Shown piece by piece: positions 36,524 through 49,538 of a DNA stretch of 64,000 nucleotides (positions are counted from its first letter, which is position 1; every line of letters starts with the position of its first letter). This DNA comes from Vitrella brassicaformis CCMP3155 (lineage: Eukaryota > Protista > Chromerida). The notes under the pieces were generated by a model that made no database searches, had not been told where the DNA came from, and saw only the letters and a list, made by a program, of their open reading frames with translations. A program made the position numbers and the translations under genes. Where the stretch lies: contig CDMY01000336.1 of the NCBI GenBank assembly GCA_001179505.1, positions 124,001-188,000 on the forward strand, read 5' to 3'.

Positions 36524-38353
36524 TTGTTGGCTTCAGCTTGGGTGCAGTGTGGAGCTGACTGTGCCATCGCTATGAAGATGCTCGAAATTGCCTACGGTAT
36601 ATATGCTGGCGCACCTGTCGCTCACAGTCAGTCACATTGGTTGACGATCTCTCTGTGTTTGGTCTGGCCTCCGTGTCAGAAAACTCGCCCGACTTCACCC
36701 GTGTGGGGCAGGAGAGCAGCAGCGGCGCCTCGGCGACATCCGACATCAAGATGATAGTCCTGTAAGTAACCTTACGAACGAACAGAGAGGCCTGATGTCA
36801 GGTTGATCCGATCCATGTATGTGTTGTTGACTGGGCTGGTTGTGTCAGCTTTTCGGGGGACTCGGACTATCTGCCGCAAGCTCAAGCTGAGAGTGGCCAT
36901 TGTCGGATACTCAAACTCCATCTCGTAAGCAGGCAACCCCACACACAGAGGCGAAGCACAGCTGAGCTGCCAATGGGTGTCTGTGTGTGTGTGTGTTGTG
37001 CAGCGGTGAGCTGAAGACCAAACCCAAGGAAGTGCGCATCATCGAATTGGACCGGCCGCCCCACTGCGACCAGTGGCCCACATACAAGACAGCAAGCCGA
37101 CGCAACGGCGCACCCACAGCAGCAGCAGCAGCTGCTGCTGCAGCAGCCGCCCCCGCCTACCAGTCCCTCCCTCCCTCCCTCCCTCCCTCCCCCCCTGCAT
37201 CAGCAGCAGCAGCAGCACAGACCCCTCCACGATACACAATCCAGCATAAGGACGGCATGATGCACCAGCATAAGGACGGCTACCTACACCACAGCCACAC
37301 CCGGGGTGAGGGCCGGCGTGACCGATACAACATGCACCACAGGAAGGGCCATGACGAGACGGCCACAGGAGGGGCTATGTGGGTATGCGTCTGGATGCCC
37401 GGCTGCCTGCCTGCCGATTGCGACCAGAAGTTGTGTGGGCCTGTGGGTGTGTGCGTTTCTTTTCTTTTTGGCCATGGGGAACTCACCATTTCATCGACGA
37501 AGGATTTCCAAAAGAAGGGACAGATGGAGGATGGGGACTCACTGTTTTCCACACACATATATCATCGGTTTTCTCTTTCACCGTTTTATTTATCCATCTG
37601 GTCAGCAGTCAGTCAGTCAGTCAGTGATCTGGTCAACTCACCATCCATCCCATCTGCTGCTCGCAATGCAATGGGACAAGGGTACGCACTGCAATGCACT
37701 TGACCACAGAACAGACCACACATATATAACATGCATACCCACAATATGCACGATGTGTCTCTCGTCCAATGTGTTTGTTGTGTGTGCAGTCCGATGGATG
37801 TGATGATGATGGGAGTGGGGGGCAGTGACGGCAGGGAGGAGGGGGCCATCACGCCACCCGGCGGCCACGTCATCGTGAACGGTGAGCGGAACCGCGCTCA
37901 CTCACTCACTCACTGGTTAAATCTGAGCTAGCGAAGCGCTGCGCTGTGTTTCCATTGTATGGTGTGGTTGGTTGATTGCGACTTGCTTTGCTTCTCGTTA
38001 TATCTTTCCAGGTCGGGCTGTTTGTCTGTTGCGCCGCGACCCCGATGCTCCTCGGGGACGACTGCCCATCGGGGTGTCGCTGATGATGCGCCCGACCAAG
38101 ACGCTGGCCGAGCGAGATGCCGAGTACGAGGAAGCCAAAGCCCGCATCGCCAAGAAAAACCGCTCTGACTCGGAGCAGCAGGACGACGGGTACATACCGC
38201 GCACATACATTACATACGCAGACAGCTTGACGCCTTGTCTGTCTGTCCGTCTGTCCGTTGGTGTCTGTTTGTCTGTTCGTTCGTTCGTTCGTTCGTTCGT
38301 TCAGGGCTGACCGTGACTGCGCGCGTAGGACGAGGGCAGCAGGACCATCTTGA
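35990..38353 (+). CDS. NYN (PIN-like) domain + low-complexity linker + SUZ domain protein; apparent frameshift and unclear 5' end
   Basis: VQCGADCAIAMKMLEIAY, IKMIVLFSGDSDY and RVAIVGYSNSISGELK match NYN motifs. VCLLRRDP...KTLAERDAEYEEAKARI matches SUZ. Confidence 0.6.
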
Positions 38354-40003
38354 AGAAAGTCGACAAACCCGACAAGTGAGTGCAGTGCAGTCCGACAACA
38401 CACACATATACACGGCTTCCCCCCATGCATCCATCCGATGATGCATGCCGTGCCATGCTGGTATTCTTCCTTGCACCTTTCAGCAAGGGAGGGTCTACCT
38501 GTTCAGTGCCTCGCTGTCTGCATTCTATATCTTGATGTGTCTGTCTCTCTTCGGCTTGTCCGTCGTGTGTGCGTTGAGACATGGTGTTGAGACATGTGTG
38601 TGAGACGCGCAGCGGGTGACTATGAAGTGAAAGCCTTTACGGCTGCCGCACACAACACGAGAAGTGAGCGCACGAGAGAGACCACCGAGCCTGACCGCAT
38701 CCATCCATCCATCCACCCACACATCGGCACACGTGATGGGCGTCTTTGTTGATGGGTGTCTAGAAGATAAATAGGCAGAAAGGCAGCACACGGGCAGCTT
38801 GGGCTTGGGTGGATGGGTTGCTCTTCTGGCCACGCGGGTGTACTACGTCGTTCACGGAAGACGTCGCTGATCGATCAACACAGCCACGCCCGCCCACACC
38901 ACACACGTCGTTAATACGTCATCTCGGTCGTCCCATCCATGAATGATGAACCCATGAGCCATGAATGACATTTGACTTGCAGCTGCGTGTGTTAACATTT
39001 GCAGCCGTGGCTAAGTGCTGGCTTGATTCCTGCCTGTTTGCCTACCTGCCTGCCTACCTGCCTGCCTTTTGGGTGCGGCGCTCCCGGTCTGTTGCTCTCT
39101 CCATCCATATGCACACGAACGAACAAGTCAGTCAAGCGATCGGACACGTGCACGTGTGTTAGCGGAATGGACGAGTTCGGATGAGTGAGTGGGTGGAGAA
39201 GATTTCTTTCCACATTGGTTGAATGAATGAACCACACACATGCAGCCACACTCACACACACGCAGATCAGACGGTCTCAAACATGCAAAGAGACGTACCC
39301 ATGGATGGATCTGACACATCGAATGTGTACGTCTGTCTGTCCATCCAGGCAGATGCACACACATCGACACACGAAGACGTACACATAGATATGGTGGAGG
39401 GCTGCACAGAGAGGGGAGGGAGGACGGACATATGGATAAAAGGAAGGGCCCGTACTGGTGGGTGTGCGTATGTGTGTGGGTATGTCAGTAGCCAAACACG
39501 GGGGACTGACTCGCTCTCGGGTGTACAGACAGATAGATAGGTACCCCCATGTCGTCTGTCATTGACGAACTTGGGGGTCACTTATGTGTATAGGGGACAT
39601 TGCGTATATCTCAGTCGATACTTGATGAATTCGTCTCCCGTCCGCCACGGCCCACACGGGAACACACCGACTCCATCCATTGCAACGAGAGAACGCACAA
39701 GTGCAAGCACACAATGAATGAGAGAGAAGTGACCCAGACAGTCAGTCCCCCATTGTCCGCGGCACCCACACTCACACCCACACCCACAGCCACAGCCACA
39801 GCCACAGCCACAGCCAGGCAAGCCGCAGCAAAACAAGCAGCAAAACGGACAGATACATATCGACACGTGCCGGCGTCCATCCCGTCACTCCCATTGCCAC
39901 CATTGCCGTCTGCACCACATAGATAGAGAAGGCCCGTTGGCCATCCCTTCACGAGTGTATGCGTCCCTCCCTCTGTCTGTGAGTACCTCCATCACTATCG
40001 TCA

Positions 40004-41654
40004 TCATCGTTCGTTGTCGCCGTTATCCTCGTCGTTGTCCTCCTCGGCTGATGCGGATTGACATCAGGGCATTTGTGTGTACTGACTGTGTGTGCCTTCC
40101 TTCCCCTCATGTGTACCTCTGCTGCCCTCTCCGTCGCTGTCGTCGTCCATATCATCCCAACCGCCGCCATGGCCGTCGGAATCTGCACCACACAGAGAGA
40201 GAGAGAGAGACGAAATGCAATCCATCCATCCATCCATGGCCACCATGTCTGTCTGTGTGTCCCCTCCCTGTCCGCACCGTCATCGTCGTCATCCTCCTCC
40301 CCCTCTGATGGCTCTGATGGCTCGTGTTGCTCTACTTGGCCGTCGAAGACAACACCAAGTCCTGACCCCAGCGCCACACTGCCCAGCTGAGCCGTCACGG
40401 GGAGGCAGTCCTTGAAGGCACCGCTCTCGCGCACAGGAGCCTCGGTCGTCAACACACTAACCCTCACTGCAGACAATGACACACAGAAAAAACACATGAG
40501 ATTTGACCACCACCTAAGCTGCCTCTCTGTCGGCCTGACCATTGTCGTTTCCCATATTCAGAATGGCAATCCACGCGACGAAGTCGTGGCTGCTGTTGGT
40601 GAGCACCAGGTATCGCAAACGACCCCCCGAGCTGAGTGTGGTCGTGCACCCGGCCACCGGTGTGTGGGGCGACTGGGTGAGGAGGCCATCCAGACGGCCG
40701 CCACCAACACGCCTGAACCAACCACACACACACACACACACACAATCAAACACACCCCCCTCTCGCCACTGGTGCCATTGATGTGTTGTCACCTGTGGAG
40801 TGTAGTCAATGTGCCATTGGTCTGGTGAGTCTTATCGAAGTGGTCGAGGATCACGCCCTTGGCAAATGACGACACTGACGCATAGGTGCATAGGTGGATG
40901 CGGTCCCATCTGCGGATGCCGTTAAAGTAGCGGATCCAGCTGTGCACAGGTGGGTCATGCTGTAGCCGGTGCTGCTGATACAGATGGCCGGCGGGGAGGG
41001 GGGGGTCGACGAAGATTCGGAACGGGTTGATCCGAAATCGGAAGCCGGGCTCGTCCTTGATGGCCCGCACCTCACCATCGGCACGGCGGAAGATCTGCAG
41101 GCGGCTGTCACCGAAGTTGATGTGGCGGCCGACCACCATGAGCTGCGCCAACACACGAGCTACAAATCTATACGCCTACACCACAGACACACACATACAG
41201 ACGAATGAATAAGGCCTCTCTGCTCTCCCCTGCCCCTCTGTGTGAGATGCCGTACCGTCTTGTTTTCGTGTTGGTCAATGTCGTCGGCCGTGACGATGAC
41301 CGGCAGCTCACAGCAGCCGCACTGCGCAGCCAACTCAATCACCTCGCCAACCTCCACCCACCTCCCCTCCTCCATCACGTACACAGCCGCCAGCAGGTGA
41401 TACACGCTAAACTGGTCGTCATCGAACCGCAGTAGCTGCACTTGCCGCCCATGCACCACCCGGCGCAGCCCCGCCTGTGAGCTGAGCGAGTGGGCGAGCC
41501 GCTGCCGCAGCTGAGGCGCTCCGAAGAGGTCTCTCGCCCAGGTGCAGGTCTCCCTCAGACGCAGGATGTCATTGAGGCTGAGAAGGAAGAATGTGCGGCG
41601 GCCGACGAAGATGTACGTGAAGGGATGCTGCCGCTGCTGCTCGTCCTCCTCCAT
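40004..41654 (-). CDS. Intact member of the lineage-specific expanded family (unknown function)
   Basis: MEEDEQQRQHPFTYIFVGRR...LLRFDDDQF...RHINFGDSRLQIFRR...GAFKDCLPVTAQLG with in-frame GT-AG splicing; aligns with 21016-22300. Confidence 0.75.
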
Positions 41655-42310
41655 GACGCCGGATGCGATATCGTCAACAAAAGTACTGTAGCTCGCAAAT
41701 CCTGTCCGACGGCCCTGGCCTTTTGTGCCACAGACCTCGATTTGATTTATGCAGATGGTGAGCAGCGCTGAATCGAAGTGCATGCCTGTCAAAGTGCGTT
41801 CGTTTGGTTGGATGCCGCGGCACGTACTCACTTGCTGCTCAACCCATGCACTGCCTCGGCCCTTCCTTGTGTTTTCATGCTTCACAGACGGTCGAACACG
41901 TGTGTGTGGCTGGGTTAACTGCGTCGTTGAGACGTCGCTGATCAATCAACACAGCCACACCCACCGGCCACACCACACATGTCTGTCTTCATGAACACAG
42001 AGTTCACACAAAACCAAAACACGCTCTGTCTTTCGTCCAAGCTAAAAGGCGCTGCACTTCATGTCATGTGTCGACCGACCAGCATTCTCTCGTCTCATTA
42101 AAACGGCTGGCTGGCACACGAGTCATGCCTTTCCTTCGTTGCGCAGACCACACACGATCGCAACACGCCATCCATCCATCCATCCAATAAGGGATCGTAT
42201 CTATCGACAGCCACCCCACCAGGCACTGACTGCACTGTACACAGACCACTCCCTCCCCTCCAGCTCGCCACATGACATCGACACACACGTGTATGTATTG
42301 ATTGCGTCAC

Positions 42311-43459
42311 TCACGCCACCGCTGCGGCCTCGTTGTCTCTGTCCGTGTTGATCATGTTGGTCATGAAGTACTCCCCGGCTTTGTAGGACGACCGTACCAG
42401 CGGCCCGCTCGCCACGTAGCGGAAGCCCATCTCCTCTCCCAGCCGGCCGTACTTGGCGAACTTGTCCGGCGTGATGTACTCGACCACTGACAGGTGGTGG
42501 TCTGTCGGCCGCAGATACTGACCTGCATAAGTGAGTGAAGGAGGAACAATGGGCATCAAGGCGAACGAAGGATGCGCGTGTCGTGTGTACCGAAAGTGAT
42601 GACGTCGCAGTCGATGTCTCTGAGGTCCTTCATGGTCTGTATGACCTCGTCCTCTGTCTCGCCCAGCCCCAGCATCAGCGACGTCTTGGTATACACGCGG
42701 GGCTCGGCCTCCTTGGCCTGACGCAACACGTCCAGCGATTGCCTGAAGGACGCGATACACCATCAAACCATCGATGGCATCATGCCATGCCCTCTCGAGA
42801 TGCCGCGGTGGTCGATGGATGCCATCCATGCTCTCTTACTTGTAGTTGGCGCGTTTGTCCCTCACGAATCGCTGCAGCCTCTCGACGGTCTCGACGTTGT
42901 GTGCATACACATCCAAACCTGATGTGGCCAGCCGCTCCACAGCCTGACCGACGCGCGCCCACATATACAGAGTGCACTTGCGCAAGTGCTTGGCATTCCC
43001 TCTCCCTCTCACTGACCTCTTTGTCCCCCTGGAAGTCACTGACGAGGCACTCGACGAGTATGTGTGGCGACGCGGCCTTCAGAAACTCAACCGTGCGCGC
43101 AAAATGGTCCGCACCGCCGTCAGCCATGTCGTCACTGACACACAACACATGAGGGGAGACAATCCATCACTGACCATGTGTGTGTATGTGTGTGTGTGTG
43201 GACGAGGGCGACACACGGGGGACTGACTGACTCACTGACCGGTCGACCGACGTGAGTACGATGTAGTCGACTCCCCACTGTGATATGGCCGTGGCCGTGT
43301 TGAGTGGCTCATCGGGGTCGGGAGCGGGAGGCTCGGGGCTCGTGTTGACAGCGCAAAACCTGCACCCCCTGGTGCACGTGTCGCCCAGCAGCATGATGGT
43401 GGCCGTGCCGCCGTTCCAGCACTCCCCGATGTTGGGACACTGGGCCTCCTCACACACCT

Positions 43460-43493
<34 letters not shown>

Positions 43494-44191
43494 AGAGAGA
43501 GCCACACGTGTACAATTTGTTGTCGTCCTGCACGTCCACATCCCTCATCCCATGGATCTCACCGTGTGCAGCTTCAAATCCCTCAGTGAGTCCTTGAGCT
43601 CCTCAAATCGCGTGTAAATGCCCCCTGGAGCGGGCACACGGAACCAGTCGGGCCGCTGTGCGGGCATGGCCGCCCCAACTCGCGGAATGGTGCCCTCGGA
43701 GCCCTCGTGGTGGTGGTTGTTGGGCGAGAAGGTCTCGACTGTGAACGACTCACGAGCCGTATGGAAGTCGTATGGATTGGCCTCGGTGGGCGGGGTGGCC
43801 ACTGCTGACACCCCATCTGACAGACAGGAGCCGAGAGAACAGAGAGAGGTGAGATGTATGCGTCGGTAGCTGACATACTATACTTTCGCGTACCATCAGT
43901 CATCTGCAAGCTGCTTGTTCGACGCCGCCGAGATAGCAGTGATGGGCCCGATGGAGCAAAGGCCGTCCTCCCACCCCTTGCCCGACCCAGTACACCTCGA
44001 CTGGTTGTTCCGCGATAGACAGCATCGGCAGGCCGGCTGCTCGTCAAAACCGAAATCACTGCCAATCGCAGCAACAGTGCCCGCGAAGGCGATGGAGCTC
44101 TCCTCCTGCGCTCTGCCGCGAGAGATCCCGACTTCATCGGCACCTCTGCTGGGCTGTGAGCCGCTGCTGCTGATGCGCCTCTCTCGCGCAT
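42311..44191 (-). CDS. lipA: Lipoyl synthase, plastid-type presequence
   Basis: [12 protein letters not shown] (CX4CX5C), CTRGCRFC (radical SAM), [32 protein letters not shown]. Hydrophobic segment followed by an R/S-rich transit peptide containing AFAPS. Confidence 0.96.
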
Positions 44192-44283
44192 CGCCGTGAG
44201 GCCCGTATTGAGATCAGAGTGCGCTGTACGCCTGTAATTCGAGCCGAATATATCCCTTTCGATGTGCGCCGTCTTTTTTTCCT

Positions 44284-44305
44284 GCGAGCTCAAGCTCAAG
44301 CTCGC
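44284..44305. promoter_or_regulatory. Inverted pair of AGCTCGC motifs in the lipA/rhodanese divergent spacer
   Basis: GCGAGCT at 44284-44290 and AAGCTCGC at 44298-44305. The same 7-mer recurs near many start codons in the window. Confidence 0.5.
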
Positions 44306-44400
44306 CACCCGGAGAAGGGGGCGAAGATCTGAGCGAGGGAGCCGGGGTAGATGTGGCTGACACGACGTCCTGCTCGACGGTACACAAAACACGGAGATCC

Positions 44401-45073
44401 ATGAATTTTGTGAATGTGCGATTGTATGGATATGCGTGTCTGCAGATCTCAGCCTCATCTCCTCGCTATCATCTCGCTGTGGCTGCACCTGCTCGTCATG
44501 ATGCGACGCATCCACTCTGCAGCTGCAGCATCGAGGCTCTCTCCGTCCTTCGTCGCCTCTGTCCCTGCCTTTCGCCGACCCTTGAGCACGTCGTCCATCC
44601 TGCGAGCGACCGGATCCGATGGCACGCAGGCTCTTCTTTCATCATTCCTCGAGAAGGGGGAGACTCCGCTGGAGGTATCGGTGATCGAGGCAAAAAGATG
44701 GCTTGAGAGTGAAGACCCGCCCATTGTGCTCGACATTCGGGAGCCTTTCGAATGGCAGATGGCCAAGCTTAAGCTCAAGAAGCGAGGCAGCAGCGATGAA
44801 GACGCAGAGGGCCTTGAGGCAGAGCGGGGGAGCGATCATGACGGTGTGCATGCCAAGGAGAACGGCGTGTACTACGTGCCGATGCGGGAGGTGGGGGCGT
44901 GGGTGTCGGAGCTGGACCATCCTGACCGGCCGATCCTGGTGCTGTGCCACCACGGGATGCGGTCGATGATGATCACTCAGGCGCTGAAGCCTCTTGGGGC
45001 CAAGGTGTGCAATGTGCAGGGAGGCATAGACCAGTGGAGTGTGGTGGTTGACCCCGATGTGCCCAGATACTGA
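44401..45073 (+). CDS. Single-domain rhodanese / sulfurtransferase with organellar presequence
   Basis: VLDIREPFEW, active loop LCHHGMRS, NVQGGIDQWS and DPDVPRY*. A short first exon (MNF) spliced to PHLLAIISLWLHLLV would give a signal peptide; alternative start at 44498. Confidence 0.88.
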
Positions 45074-45383
45074 CTGACACACCGACTTGACTTCGTGTGG
45101 ACAGAGTGTTTTGACGACTGGCTGAAGTTTTTGGCTGTTCAGGGGATACATGTATGTGTGTACAGCCGATGTTGCATGAAGGTGTGCAGAAGGTGACGTG
45201 GGAGAGACGAGATTCGTTCACTCAATCAACCAAAGGATGCAATTGTCGTTGCGAAGTGGTCTCGCACACGTCTGTCAGCACGCACACACATGTAGGTAGG
45301 TGTGTTGTACACCACCCCAGGCCGACCTCCATCTCACCCCACGCGTCAAGTGATTTGTCCCTTCGGTCCTGTCAGTCGGTCAG

Positions 45384-48300
45384 CTAGCTAGACGAGTACT
45401 GATCCATCAGCCTGCCGAACGTCTTGTCGTCGATGAAATCAACGCGATAAGGCACCACGCTGCTGTGCGGATGCTCCTGAACCAAAAAAGGAAAGCGAGA
45501 CGTCACTATGGATCGATTGGATCCACAAGGGTGAGTTACCTGTGCGATTCGATGTGCGACGTGCTGCGCGTCGGCGAGGGAGAGAAGGCGAACAATGCCC
45601 TCACCCTGACGACGCACATCAATCACACAGCGACACTTGTGACGAAGGCAGTTGTGGGCAGACACAGACAGGGCAGAGACAGAGACATCATCCTCATCCT
45701 GCTCGCCTTGCATGTGTGTGTGATTGGGTCGTAGAGCACCCCAATCTTGTCAAAGCGCGAAAACGACCCCACCAGCTGGGAAAAACTCTGAATGAGACAT
45801 ACACACGAATTCCACGACACATTGAGCAGCCGGTGGGTGTGTCAAGAGATTGCGTGCCTCTCGACTCACTCACGCTAAAGTTTGTGTCTCCTGCGAGGCC
45901 CCTGACGCGGACGTTCCGTGTGGGGTGGCCACCGCGCCTCGACACCTGTGGCGAGGAGGGCTGGGCGCTGGTGTTGGTCGCATAGGAAGGGGAGGGCTGC
46001 TGGGCGTCTGTGGCAGCAGCAGCAGGTGCTGGGAAGGGGGAGGGGGAGGGGAGTGCAACCACTGCATCAATCAATGGCATCCCAGGCGGGCAGAGACATG
46101 ACAACCGGACGAGTTGGTAAGTTTCTCTCTGCGTGACCTTCAGAGTCCTCCGGGATGGACGTGCGTGGCGACCCGCCCAGGCCCGACGAAGTCCTCCGCT
46201 GCATGACCACGCCTCTCCTCCCACCGCCGCCATGGCTGGCCGACAGCCCGCCCTCAGCCGCAGACCTCTCCTGCCCCTTGTCATCCTCTCCCTCCCCCTC
46301 TGTCTTGTCGCCCCATGCATACTTGACGGTCCTGCCCTGCAGCCGCTCACTGATGGCCTCCCTCTCCTCCTCCGTCAGCGGGGTGAAGTGGTCCCGCCGA
46401 CCATCATGCGAACGAGGGCTGAAGTCCTTCTCCAAGGGCAGGGGCTCGTTGAACAGCGCACACGAGCCGAACCGTGGGCTGCGGTGTGACAGTGGGGCCG
46501 GAAGTGGTGTGTGGAGGAGGGGGTGCGATGGGGGGTAGCGGGCAGAGAGGGAGCCGGGGCGACGCGTGTAGGGTGAATTGGGACGCACCTCGGGGGAGAA
46601 ATTGATGCTGCAAACAGATTGGTTGAGACACGAACAGATGAGCGGGCACTGAGTCTTTGGCAGAGCTCACTTGGATCCGTCTGCCAGCCATCGTCGGACC
46701 TGCATGGGCATCTCGGAGCACACAGACCTGCTGCCCTCCGCACCCACACCCACCCCTCCGCCCAGGAACTCCGACCGCGGCGTGTAGTTTGCGCTGCTCG
46801 CGGGTGAGAAGCGCAGCCTCAGATCGCTGGCGTGTCCCGGGAGGGGGACGTCTCTCCTTGAGGATGACGCCTGCGACAGGGGCGAGTTGAGGGCGGGGGC
46901 GTCGGTGTTGGTGTTGAGCGAGCGGAGCCTGTCGAGGGGCAGGCGAGGGATGGATGGCCGGGGGGCGTCGGGCCTGTCCGACGACGGTAAGGGCATCGAA
47001 GGCCGCTGGCTCACCGGAGCAGACTGCCAGCAGAGGCAGGCACAAGGGAGACGCATAGATGTCGATGGCAGGGCGAGACACGAGGTCATCGAGGTCATCT
47101 CACCGCGAGCATGTCTGTGATTTTCTTGAGGTACTCGTCCTTCTCTGCCTGCTGAACCACCAACAGCCGGTTCTCCTCCCGCAACTTGGCCAGCTCTGCA
47201 ATGTCCTCAGTTTTTGCTGGCTCTGCCGCTCTTCTCTCGACAATGCGCCCATGCACACGGGGTGACGACGGCTGGTGGTCGGCCGGAACACGGGAAGAAT
47301 CCTCAACCACTGCCGAGAAAGAATGGCAGAAGTTGTCTCTCGATGCTGTTCAATGGCAGAGGGTGCGTCTAGCTTTCGCCGACCCGTTGAATGTCCTCTT
47401 CTCGGCGATGGTCGAGGGCTCATGTCGTTGATGCGCTCACCAAGCTCTTTCTTCTCCGCCTCCAGCCGCTTGACCTTCTTGCTGAGACTCTCATTGACAG
47501 TCTCTGCATAATAGCAGACGACGATACTCATGGAATGAGACAGACATGGAGCGATGGAGTGTACCTACCGAGTTCCGACTGCTTCTGCTGCGAGGCGTCG
47601 ACGTAAGAGCTGAGAGTCTTGAGCAAGACCCGTATGAGCATCTTCTCCTCGCTCTCCCTGTCCGCCGCCCCCTTGCCTCGCGGCACCATGGCCTTCAATG
47701 CCATCGTCATGTGGTGCTCCCGCCGCCACAAGGAGGGCGTGTACCGCTTCCGCGTGAGCGCCCTGTCCCTCTTCTCCACTTCAGAGGCGCTCTTGGATAT
47801 CTCCAGAGACTTGACCCACATCTTGTGACCATCCATCAGGTCGGTGCGGTCTTTGGGCAGAGCTGGCGGGACCACCGGATTGGAGATGAGGGTTCTGCAG
47901 CGGAGAGATGGCCACGAGTCGGCGCGCGATAGCATCTGCCCCTCTGTGTGGATGAAAACGGCCAGGGGGAAAGTGTCTTCGGGCCGGTACGCGGTGAGTG
48001 TCGTCTGTGCGCCCCGGCGACAGCTGGCGGCCACGATGGTCTGTGTGGGGGTGTCATGGGTGCGGACGATCTCGGTTGAACCCTCAGACTGCACTGCCTT
48101 GGCCACCATGACCGCTTGTGCCATCGTCCCTTGATCGGCCACCTCCTTCTCCTTCGCCCCATCAATCGTCTCACATGCCACCGAACGTGTCTCAATCGTT
48201 CTTGCTGCGGGCGCTCGTGGCGCATCATGCTCATCTCTCTCGTGCAGGGTAACGTCTTCAGGGGCCCTTTCATGCGATGGTCTTGACCGTGTGTCGCTCT

Positions 48301-49252
48301 CTTCAGTCCCCACGGCCTTGTCCTCCGTCCCAATGGCCTCCTCAGCAGCCTGGTCTTCGGGCACCTGATGTAGGCCTGCAGGATTCCTTCCACCTCTCGC
48401 CTCGTCTCTCGCCAAGGACGACTGCGCTCGCCCCAGGGGCAAAGTGGGTGTGAGGGCATCGCGGGGCGACCTTGGTGCCGACCTCTGATGGGGAAGCTGA
48501 CGAGTGTCCCATTGCAGTCGATGCGGCGCGCCGCCCGGCCGCCACATGGTTCCAGAAGACGATGGGTTCGGTCGGGTGACGACCTTGGGTGCTGCCGTCT
48601 TCGACATATCATATCGCTTTGCGTAGGATGACGTGCCAGGCATAGAACGATCCCTTGTGGCGGCGGGCTGGGCCAGCCGCGACCCTCCTGCGGCAGTGGG
48701 CTTGGGTGCGGCCGACACCGTCCGCGGCGTGGCACGGGTGGGTGAGCGAGGGGACGGCAAATGAGACGGCTGGGGTGCCGCGACAGCCGGCTTCCTCGTC
48801 TCGCCTGAGGTGCCTCGCTGTGGCTGTGCTGGGACTCGCCGTGTGAGGCGACTGGCAGCCGGCGGCTCGGCATCAGCTTCCTTCCTCTTCGTAGGCGCAG
48901 GGCGTGAGCCTGCCGCCGGAAGGCCGTCTCGCTGCAGTGGTGCACGAGGCGTTCTCGGCGTCACAGTGAGGGAGGCAGACGTAGGGGGAAGGCCGCTGGC
49001 AGCGCTCTGGTGTGATCTGCCGATGGGGCCAAACCGTGGCGGACTTGCGTAGTGCAAACCAACGCGACTTGCACTGGTCAGCGGCCTCCGCGACCCCACG
49101 ACGCTGGAAGGCGGCTGCCTGGTTCTCGGCGTCGTGGACTTCTCGTTCGGCCCCGTCTCCTGGACGTCCGCCGCATCTTGGGTCGTCTGGCCTTGTGGCT
49201 GTGAGGGGGCTGGCAGGGAGAGGACGGGCACGCGAGGGCGCGTGGCGCTCAT
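45384..49252 (-). CDS. Large low-complexity / coiled-coil hypothetical protein
   Basis: 574-aa P/S/R-rich first exon 47528-49252, then coiled-coil exons (SKKVKRLEAEKKELGERI, LAKLREENRLL); downstream exon chain uncertain. Confidence 0.6.
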
Positions 49253-49538
49253 TTCAGCTTAACCGGCCCCCAACGGCGTCTCAGGCGGGGGTGAGTGGGG
49301 GCCTGGTGTTCGTCTGACGCTCGGATGTGCGGGGGCTGAAGCAGCAGCGCATGCGGTTGCGACACACGGCTGCAGCGGGGGGAACTTTGGTTCCGAGGAA
49401 GGAGGGCCTGAGCCTGGGTTATCGAAAACAATTGGTACGCAATGAATGGCACACTGCGTGAGAAACGGGGTATCATGTCCGTATGTATGTGATGTGGCTG
49501 TGCTGCGAGTCATGCATGCAGGTGGCTAGAAGGCCGTG

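Noticed and set aside
38400-40000. Possible gene or transposon in the long intergenic stretch
   Set aside because: Only simple repeats (CATC, CCTG, CACAGC); no transposase/RT motifs or consistent exons.
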